Source: a virus
Virus record (IMG/VR): IMGVR_UViG_3300010401_000004
Coordinates: 6,831-70,830 of that record
DNA length: 64,000 nucleotides
Reading direction: 5' to 3' (one strand)
Shown piece by piece: positions 56,266-64,000 of the stretch (positions are counted from its first letter, which is position 1; each line of letters opens with the position of its first letter). The position numbers and the translations under genes were made by a program. The notes beneath the pieces are model-generated. The model made no database searches and had not been told where the DNA came from. It saw only the letters and a list, made by a program, of their open reading frames with translations.

Positions 56266-58361
56266 TCCCTGACTCCCTGACTGGCGCTTTGAATAACAAT
56301 TTCATGAAGCTGGTCTATTGAACCAGAGAGTTCGTTGTACACCCCTTCAACTCTTAGCGTTGACTGAGCAAGGTTAGGGCAATTTACAAGTAACTGCTTA
56401 GACTGAGTAACTGTTGTGCTGGAGGGGACTGTGACTGAGCCGGTAAGACTACTTGAGTTTCCATCCTCCAACGCTGTGACTGGAATTGACTCTCCGGATT
56501 GTGCTCCAAACACTCCCACCGATCCGCCAATACTGCTCATTGTAACTCTTACTCTTTTGACTACATGCGACCGCAATTCATCGTCATAGTCACTGAACGG
56601 TGGAGCAACGAACCAGTGGATTCCAAGTGAATTGTCGGTAACGTCAAACCCCGCCGTAGCAATGGAAACTATATCTCCGCTGAATCTTCCACCCTCCAAG
56701 AAATACAACATATTGCCTATAGTCGCTGCCGAGGTAACAATCATGTCCTTTTGAGTGTTGGTCAGCGTCACTTGCCCGATCCAGTCATTCTGTCTCAATC
56801 CGAATAATAAAATCTTTGTCGTCCAGAACCCGTCATCATTCAGTGAATCCGCAGAGTGAAAGTAACACACGGCATTATTCTGCGGGTCGTAAGCTACCAG
56901 AACATGGCCCGGGTTCCAGGTATCGGTTATTTCTGAGACCTTTGCCGCGAAATCGAATTCCTCTGTTCCTGAAACGCCTTGCGGAGTAGAGCGCGCTGGG
57001 CCTTGCACTGAATGACCATAGAGAGTGTCATTAACAAAAACTAACTGATTCGCATTCGCAAAACCAACCGACCAGAAGGGTTGAATCAATACTGGAACCG
57101 TATCGTCATTTGTCCCTTGCGCGATCTCAAGATGGTTCGTAGTGAGTAAGTAGATTCTCCCTGCGGCTGAAACCGCTCCCACAATCGTTTCTGGTGGGGA
57201 TGAAGCGAAGGCTATATCTGTCGGCGCAGCTTCGATGTTTCCCGGCTTAGAAGGGAAGATAAATGGGCCGGGGGATGATCCGTTCGTACCCTGACATGAA
57301 ATAAACACCGGAACATTATTCAACCCTTGAACGAAATTAGCCGCAACGGGAGGATCGTTATTGAAAGTGATTGTATAACTTCCCTCTACTTCTGCATCTA
57401 ACCATTCGATTACTTGAGTAAATCCCGCAGTGTTTCCAGTGTATTGATCTAGAAAGAACCACGGGCCTTCCAAGTAATTCAAATCCGACCCTTGCGTGTC
57501 AGCGTATCTCGTGACATAGACATTCCACGCATTTTGCCCGTTAGTGGTATCCATTGCCGGAAACGTAAGGTTAACTTTGTCGTTCGTGGCAATCGTGACT
57601 ACGACTTTAGGTGAAGGGTTGTTGTAGCCAAGAGTCTGAGTCCTCGCGGGGGCAATTACGATTGAATAATTCCCCGCTTGCATTCCTTTCGTTCCGCCTG
57701 CCACGGCAGCAGCGGTAGGGGCGACGGAAGTTGCCATCCCTAGAGTGAAGTTTGTGTAAGTGCCCGCCCCGGAGTCGTAGAGAGAAATCTTCGGCGCACG
57801 GGTCACGGCGAGACTGGATGATAACGCGACTCCGTTTAATCGAAACGTCCCTTGCCCGCAGGACAAGAGAGTCCCTTTATCCAATTGAATCGTATTCCCA
57901 AATATCTGCGTGCCGCGATTCTGTCCTACGGCGAAGATTACCGGATACCTGTTTGCGGTTAAGTTGGAAGCATTAGCAGAAGCACTACCCCACGCAATGT
58001 AAGACGTGTCGGAAACTACCTGCTTAACCGCCATTAAACTGTTGGTATGCGTTGCGGGATCGACTATTCCAACCATCTGACCGGGATTAAGTTCAGAGAG
58101 GAATACCGTGCCGGTTCCGGTGACAGTGGGCGATCCGCTTGCTATTGCCACGGTTCCGGTTAAAGCCGAAGTCGCAATAATCTCAGCCGGATCGGGTGCG
58201 GCTGATCCTGAATAGCATTGCACATAAGTCAGCGGGTCAGTGCCTTTGATGATGGCATTGTCCATCCGATAGATAACACCGTCATTTATCACGCCCGATC
58301 TCGGCTGGGTGGGCCAGAACCGGCTAGGGCGGCAAACTCTGGTAGTGAGGTTCTTTCCCAT
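56262..58361 (-). CDS. Tail hub/nozzle protein (P22 gp10-like position)
   Basis: 699 aa, beta-rich; follows adaptor genes. Confidence 0.6.
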   Translation of the reverse strand: MGKNLTTRVCRPSRFWPTQPRSGVINDGVIYRMDNAIIKGTDPLTYVQCYSGSAAPDPAEIIATSALTGTVAIASGSPTVTGTGTVFLSELNPGQMVGIVDPATHTNSLMAVKQVVSDTSYIAWGSASANASNLTANRYPVIFAVGQNRGTQIFGNTIQLDKGTLLSCGQGTFRLNGVALSSSLAVTRAPKISLYDSGAGTYTNFTLGMATSVAPTAAAVAGGTKGMQAGNYSIVIAPARTQTLGYNNPSPKVVVTIATNDKVNLTFPAMDTTNGQNAWNVYVTRYADTQGSDLNYLEGPWFFLDQYTGNTAGFTQVIEWLDAEVEGSYTITFNNDPPVAANFVQGLNNVPVFISCQGTNGSSPGPFIFPSKPGNIEAAPTDIAFASSPPETIVGAVSAAGRIYLLTTNHLEIAQGTNDDTVPVLIQPFWSVGFANANQLVFVNDTLYGHSVQGPARSTPQGVSGTEEFDFAAKVSEITDTWNPGHVLVAYDPQNNAVCYFHSADSLNDDGFWTTKILLFGLRQNDWIGQVTLTNTQKDMIVTSAATIGNMLYFLEGGRFSGDIVSIATAGFDVTDNSLGIHWFVAPPFSDYDDELRSHVVKRVRVTMSSIGGSVGVFGAQSGESIPVTALEDGNSSSLTGSVTVPSSTTVTQSKQLLVNCPNLAQSTLRVEGVYNELSGSIDQLHEIVIQSASQGVRE

Positions 58362-58964
58362 CTACACCCTCACAGACTCAGCCGCAGCGGCCAATAGCGC
58401 CCCTCTCAACAACTCTGCGCCAATAGTGAGAATGTCGCTGAGGATTTCATCCGGCACGTCAACGACGTCAGTGGCGTTTGTGGGGATTACAGGGACGCAG
58501 GGGATATTCAAAGTCATGCTTCCAGTGAAGCCAGAGGACGGATCGTAGAGTGCACCCGCTTCCCTTTGACCTAAAGTCACCCCGCCTGACATAGAGTAAT
58601 ATCCATAGTTATCATACGGCGCACTTGCTAAACTTGGATCGATGAAATCCCCCCAATTCCTTACCCATGAGTAGGTTTTAGTGAGATCGGCGGGGTCGAT
58701 AAAGCTGGAATCTTCAAGGTACGCAGTCAACACATCATCCGATAACGTCGCTACGCCATTAACCATCGTCACGGTCTTGGCGCGTTTCAGGATGCTTCGC
58801 TTTCTTTCGTCCTTCGCCACCTCTTCCCCGGCTTGTTGAAAGATAATCGGAATCAAAGTCTCAGCTATCCCCTGAGTGTCGATGTTGGCAAACTGCGCCG
58901 CCTGAGAACCACGCTGCGCCTCGTACATCATAGTGTAGATAAGCTGAGTGTAGGTTTGGCTCAT
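58362..58964 (-). CDS. Head-tail adaptor-like protein, paralogue B2
   Basis: IAETLIP..YDPSSGFTGSMTL; similar to 59821-60390. Confidence 0.6.
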   Translation of the reverse strand: MSQTYTQLIYTMMYEAQRGSQAAQFANIDTQGIAETLIPIIFQQAGEEVAKDERKRSILKRAKTVTMVNGVATLSDDVLTAYLEDSSFIDPADLTKTYSWVRNWGDFIDPSLASAPYDNYGYYSMSGGVTLGQREAGALYDPSSGFTGSMTLNIPCVPVIPTNATDVVDVPDEILSDILTIGAELLRGALLAAAAESVRV

Positions 58965-59119
58965 GTACCATGCTCCAGGGTGCGAGCAAAACAAAAAGTG
59001 TGCACTGCCCAGTAGTGAAATGTTACCCAGTCACCACGCTCAAGGGCTTCTCGCCAGCACCGAATTGAACCAGCAAGGAAGTCTTCATTACTGACAGCTA
59101 GTAAATTTTGCACCCTCAC
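58961..59119 (-). CDS. 52-aa ORF coupled at both ends
   Basis: GTGA and ATGA overlaps; VRVQNLLAVSNEDFLAGSIRCWREALERGDW... Confidence 0.5.
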   Translation of the reverse strand: MRVQNLLAVSNEDFLAGSIRCWREALERGDWVTFHYWAVHTFCFARTLEHGT

Positions 59120-59820
59120 GCGGCCTCACTCTGAATCACCGTCGTTGCAGTATTGACCGACGTGTTCCCTTGTTTAATCGCCTGCACCCACGCGGTAAAC
59201 ACCCCGCCAAACCGTGAGAACTTATCGTCTAACTCCATCAATGCGCCATCGACATAAGCAGGCGCGAGGACTTCCGGTAATGCAATAGTTGTTGACAAGC
59301 TAAGACTGAGAGCGCTAGGCCGTGCATAGGTGCAGACATCTATAATTACAGAATCAACTGTGTGGTAGATTCTTCGATCATTTATCGCATACCAATAAAC
59401 TGGAATCTTCCACATACCATTCGGATTAAGTACCCGATCACGTATCTGCTCTAACTGGTTTTCCGTGCAGGGTTCAAACGTAGATGAGTCTCTTACCGCC
59501 CCTCTCATGCCGATGATTTGATTTCCACCTGAGCCGGTCGAGGGGATAAGTTGTCCATAGGTTAAAGCCGCAGTCACGTCACCAAGTATTTGCCTCCATT
59601 CATGGTTCGCGGTTGAAGCGATAGCAGCGGACAGTTGAGCTTCGGCATTGAGAATGGCATCAAGGAGTTGCGTGTAAGCGAATGGAGACTTTATCGCAAT
59701 CTCAGCCTTCGTAATTGGATTAACAATATACGAAGTCTCCACGCCTTCAATCTGCTCACCACGCAGAGAGCCGGAGAGGACGCCGACTTGTCGTAAAATA
59801 GTTGAATAAGTAGTCGCCAC
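59116..59820 (-). CDS. Head-tail adaptor-like protein, paralogue A2
   Basis: SYIVNPIT..IPVYWY..AYVDGAL; similar to 60387-61094. Confidence 0.6.
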   Translation of the reverse strand: MATTYSTILRQVGVLSGSLRGEQIEGVETSYIVNPITKAEIAIKSPFAYTQLLDAILNAEAQLSAAIASTANHEWRQILGDVTAALTYGQLIPSTGSGGNQIIGMRGAVRDSSTFEPCTENQLEQIRDRVLNPNGMWKIPVYWYAINDRRIYHTVDSVIIDVCTYARPSALSLSLSTTIALPEVLAPAYVDGALMELDDKFSRFGGVFTAWVQAIKQGNTSVNTATTVIQSEAA

Positions 59821-60390
59821 TTATGCCCCTTGCTTCATCCAGAGATCGCCTTTGATCGCCTTCGCTACGTTCAATACTAAATCTTGCTCAATTTCTCCGT
59901 TTACCGTAATCGCGGTCGAAGCCGTTGCGGGTAATGTCGGTATCTGCGGAGTCGTTAAAGTAATGTTTCCTGTATATCCTGACGATGGACTATATGCCGT
60001 ACCTGGTTGGGTGTAATAGAACTGATTTGCTCCCGAAGATTGCACAGCAAGGAAATACCCTAAAGTCGAATCCAGTGGTCTAATAAATTCCGGCCACGAG
60101 TTTGCAAAGCGCATCTTCTTGGCTACGGTGGAATCCAGCGGATCGGCTACAGAAGCGAATTGCAGGTGATGAACTAAGGCCGTAGTTGGTAAGGCCGCAT
60201 TGCCATTCACCAGTCCCACAGTCGAAGTCACCATGACTAGTCCTCTACGCGTCGGATCGCTCGCAGCACTGTCTATCGTGAAATAGATGACCCGAGGTAT
60301 TAGCGTCTCGGCAATCACGTCCTTGTTCAGCCCCTCATCGCCAGCGAGAAAGCAGCCCTGATCTAAAAGTGATTGTAAGGTTAAACTCAC
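59821..60390 (-). CDS. Head-tail adaptor-like protein, paralogue B1
   Basis: IAETLIP..YSPSSGYTGNITL. Confidence 0.6.
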   Translation of the reverse strand: MSLTLQSLLDQGCFLAGDEGLNKDVIAETLIPRVIYFTIDSAASDPTRRGLVMVTSTVGLVNGNAALPTTALVHHLQFASVADPLDSTVAKKMRFANSWPEFIRPLDSTLGYFLAVQSSGANQFYYTQPGTAYSPSSGYTGNITLTTPQIPTLPATASTAITVNGEIEQDLVLNVAKAIKGDLWMKQGA

Positions 60391-61094
60391 GGCGTCGGCA
60401 CGCTCCCCGGTACAGACGTTAATCCACTACGAATCGCGGTAATCGCCGCATCGAAGTATTTGTTATACAACTGACCCTGTTCTGCAAATTCATCGTCTCG
60501 TAACAACATCGCCAGCGCCCCTGCGACATAGGCTTGAGTCAGAGCATCAGACAAAAGAATGTTTCCATTGCTATCGAATGACGTGCTTTGCGTAGCTCGG
60601 TTGTAAATACAACACTCCACTTTTACCGTCGTTCGGGTGTGCTCAATTCTTCCCCCTGGCATGTTATACCAGTAAACGGGACAGACATAAGTAGTGTTCG
60701 CATTTCTCGCCCTACGTCGCACCATATCTAACGGCATCATGGAGCAGGGAATGGAGTCACTTGAATCTATCACCGCGCCCCAGATGCCGATAATTGGAAT
60801 GAAGCCCGTATCAACTGATGGCAGTGTCCCGGCGTTCGCAATGCTCCCTGTGGTAGAAGCGATGTACTGCCTTAATGGACTGTCCCCTGTGTCCGCGACG
60901 GCTTGAATGAGACGGCCTTCTGTGTCGATAATGGCGTCTTTAATGCTGGTAAAGTTAAAGATCGTTGATTGAAATTGAGTGGCCGTAAGAGGGTTGACAA
61001 CATACGACGCCTCAAGCAAGGTGTCAGAAGTACCTACCAGCGCATTGATGCGCAATGCAACTTCTCGCAATACCGTGTTGTAAGGTACGCTCAA
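60387..61094 (-). CDS. Head-tail adaptor-like protein, paralogue A1
   Basis: SYVVNPLT..CPVYWY..AYVAGAL. Confidence 0.6.
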   Translation of the reverse strand: MSVPYNTVLREVALRINALVGTSDTLLEASYVVNPLTATQFQSTIFNFTSIKDAIIDTEGRLIQAVADTGDSPLRQYIASTTGSIANAGTLPSVDTGFIPIIGIWGAVIDSSDSIPCSMMPLDMVRRRARNANTTYVCPVYWYNMPGGRIEHTRTTVKVECCIYNRATQSTSFDSNGNILLSDALTQAYVAGALAMLLRDDEFAEQGQLYNKYFDAAITAIRSGLTSVPGSVPTP

Positions 61095-61840
61095 TACCGC
61101 CCCTCCGATGCGCCAACTCTCGCGGTCATGTGGTCGTTTGTAAGACTTCTGACGTATCGCTGAAAGCCATCTTGTAATGCCTTTTCATCGTAGCTAAGAG
61201 ACTCGGCAAACTCTTTTCTTCTGATTCGATTCTCGGCTTCCGCATCCCACCATTCACTCTGAGGCAAGAGACTTAACGCCGCCTGCGTCTCAATCAACGG
61301 ATGAAATTGATTTATCACCGGACTCGCATCAATTCCCGCATCATCAGCCCATGCGCCAATGGAATAAGAAATCGTGTAAGTTGCCGATAACGCCGGCGTC
61401 GGTAACACTCGCACCCACATCGCGTCCTCTCCACCTTTGCGAAAGAAGGCCATGCGTTGCGCGGTATTCGGAGTGCCGTCATAGTACCCTGCCCAACTCG
61501 CAAGGTTCTGAGGATAAGGCCAGTCAACATTCATGTCATTTAAGACCGTGAAGTCTATTGACCGAGTTATCGTAGAAGTGTTTTGAGGATAGTATGTGAG
61601 GACTTGTAAGGGCTTGCCGAAATACGACGTAACAGGGAGTAGATAGTCTTGTTGACCACCGACTACGTTAAGCTGTAGTTCGTCTATGGCCCATGATGCG
61701 CCAGTGTCCGAAAGTTGGTTGAATAAATCTTGTGTCTTATTTACTACCGCTTGCAGCACGGCCCGCCCCGACGGTCTTTGAGCGCGAGGCTCACCCAGCT
61801 TTAGCCGGGTGTTAGAGGCCATGTTTGCGATAGTCGCCAC
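61091..61840 (-). CDS. Head-tail adaptor protein
   Basis: GQQDYLLP..RVLPTP..FHPLI pattern seen in podovirus adaptors. Confidence 0.6.
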   Translation of the reverse strand: MATIANMASNTRLKLGEPRAQRPSGRAVLQAVVNKTQDLFNQLSDTGASWAIDELQLNVVGGQQDYLLPVTSYFGKPLQVLTYYPQNTSTITRSIDFTVLNDMNVDWPYPQNLASWAGYYDGTPNTAQRMAFFRKGGEDAMWVRVLPTPALSATYTISYSIGAWADDAGIDASPVINQFHPLIETQAALSLLPQSEWWDAEAENRIRRKEFAESLSYDEKALQDGFQRYVRSLTNDHMTARVGASEGRY

Positions 61841-61843
61841 ACA

Positions 61844-63695
61844 TTACTCCAATCCTGCGTCACGTCGCAGTTTCTCCCAGGTCTTGTGATGCACACCTTC
61901 GGGTCGTTCACCAGTGAGATCGTAGGTCACGGCGTCAGATTCGGTCGCAGGTTGCAACGAGGCCAGCCGCGCTTCCAGTCTCGCGATCCTTTGAGCGTCA
62001 TCTTTTCTCGCGTCAGCCATGATCTGAGCAAATCGCTCCATGTCAAATCCCTGATTCTGACTTGCGATTCCTTGCAAGGCGCTTTGAAGGTGGTGGCCCA
62101 GAGCGAGGTTTTGATCGGCCAGCGACTTCATCGGCTGATCCATTCTCTCTACTTCCAACTGAACCAATAGCAACTCAGCCAGCGGAGAGTACTTAGCGGG
62201 TTCCTGACCGGGACTCGGGGTGGCCCGTAATGCCGTGTGCTCCTGATCCAGTTTACTCATGGCCCAATCGCGGAACTCAAAACATGCTCGGAGCATTTGA
62301 TCGGCAATCTCAGCCGACTCAGGAAATGTTGTTTTCCCCTGAGTAATCTGGTCTTCTAGTCCCTTCAAAGTGGGTTCCCGGCCGTCACCAAAGTAAACTT
62401 CGTCTAAGACATCTAGAAACCCTTTCTCGCCGGGATTGAATGAGCGGAGTTCCTTCCACTCCTTCCCCTTGAGACTGGAAATTTCCACAATACCCCTGCG
62501 GCGTCCCTGATCGTTCATTGCCGCTGCCATGATGTTACTGAGGGCATCGCCGGGGTAAACCGGGATTTGGGCGAGATTAGGGGAGCGGTATCCAGCTTCC
62601 GTTGGCCGTTTCTGTTCCAGAGGTACACCATCAAGCTCAAGACCGGTACTGTAATTGACTCCCGGTGGTAAATTGTCCACAGGAAAGAACTCGACCCCCA
62701 TTTCCAGCGGCGTAATAAACCCTCGCGGTAAATAACCGCGACCGTAACGGAGCAGACAGGGACTATTGAGTTCTTCACCGCCAGCCCTCAACCAGTCCAT
62801 TTCCCACTTGCGGCGTTGAATAATTATGTCGCCGGGAAACACGATCCAACGATTCAATTCCCGGCCTGCGGTTCTAGAGTCAACAAACCTGATGTCAGGT
62901 GATACTTGTGGTGCTACGCTCATTGATTGCCTTTCTCTGTTCGTTAATGTATTGCAGTCCCCACGCGCGAGCTTGGGCCAGCGCGGCCGGGGATAACGGT
63001 TCGTGCGGGTTACATTCGGCGTCCTTATTGCGAAGCGAAATAACCCGCCGCAGATTAGTTAAATCGGATTGATCGGGAACTCTATACCCGCCCCACGGCC
63101 CAAACTTGTTCTTCGTGTGCTTACTGAATACTCCAATCACATAAAGCAGGTTGTACCATCCATCTCTCGGTGCGGGGCCAACCATATCACGTCTGACAAA
63201 TGGAACCAGATTCATTTCTCCGCAGTGACGGCAGATGTTAATAACGCCCTCCGACTTGTGCGGATCGATCCAGTCCAACAGCTTGCAATAACGACAAGCA
63301 GGCGAAGGAATATCAGTCGGCACATTCAAATACCTTGAAGCGTCCCACGATGCCTCATACTGTGCGGGTTCAAATCTCTCTTCCAACACCCAACGCGGTG
63401 GTGAGATTTCCACATAATCATCGCCGGGGAGATCGTACCTGTAAGCGCAATACTTCTGTTGAAACTCCCCTTTAGTCGCGTTACCGAAAGCGTCCCATTC
63501 GATATTTACCCACTTCCGACACTCTCTAGCCCAACGCAGTCGGACGATAGGTTCATTTAGAATCGTAGTGCCGACTATTTTATCTATCTGCTTTTGGAAC
63601 CCCTCCACATCGACAGTCGGCGGAGACTGCACCATCAGCGAAGGCCATTCGCTTGGCTTATCCAGTGGGCCATGAGATATGAGTATCGGTTTCAT
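61844..63695 (-). CDS. Two hypothetical genes (61844-62923; 62895-63695 with two CxxC)
   Basis: Long ORFs between head and adaptor genes. Confidence 0.7.
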
Positions 63696-63757
63696 GGAAA
63701 TTTGAAAGGGCCAGAGTGAAAGGGTAAGCTCTGACCCCTCCGCAGTCAGCCACGTTC

Positions 63758-64000
63758 CTAGCCGACAACCTTGTAGCTAATCGAAAGCAGACCTGAGCCA
63801 GTGCCGGTAATGAATGGCGCATCTGCATTGTGAACGACGATAGCTGCCGCTGTGACCATCGTAAGTGAGGCCTCAATACCTCCCACACTGGTGTACGACA
63901 CGCCCGCAGTCGTAGTGACTACTGCCGCAGCGATGTCTGCCGTCACCTTCGTGCCTGAGCCGTCCGTATAGCGAAACTCCACCGCTCCACCATTAGCGTA
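63758..64000 (-). CDS. Virion protein, C-terminal part (possible head decoration protein)
   Basis: Open frame entering from the window edge; hairpin at ~63707-63739 downstream. Confidence 0.5.
   Translation of the reverse strand, partial: YANGGAVEFRYTDGSGTKVTADIAAAVVTTTAGVSYTSVGGIEASLTMVTAAAIVVHNADAPFITGTGSGLLSISYKVVG

Noticed and set aside
1-64000. Prophage boundaries, integrase or host genes
   Set aside because: No integrase, att site or host operon recognised; lifestyle cannot be called from this window.

Overview
The window is most of a tailed dsDNA phage genome with a P22-like (podovirus-type) morphogenesis layout. It starts inside the portal gene and ends in a virion gene; the capsid genes are probably in the missing part. 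Minus strand: portal (partial), terminase large and small subunits, a ~1860-aa injected protein (lytic transglycosylase plus two ADP-ribosyltransferase-like domains), many small accessory genes, lysis genes, tail fibres, tail hub and a duplicated head-tail adaptor pair. Plus strand: a recombination/replication block (Cas4-like nuclease, Sak4-like ATPase, SSB-like, RusA-like, beta clamp, DNA methylase). A RepA-like helicase on the minus strand sits beside a phased iteron-like array. The most unusual part is 31.9-36.1 kb. It holds about ten hand-foldable structured non-coding elements between tiny ORFs: a ~400-nt tetraloop-rich RNA, three non-canonical tRNA-like RNAs, kissing-loop/pseudoknot motifs, an HDV-like ribozyme candidate and a GGA-rich loop, with repeated boxA-like signals. 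All calls come from reading motifs and pairing bases by eye; no database searches or folding programs were run. No integrase, DNA polymerase, primase or CRISPR array was seen.
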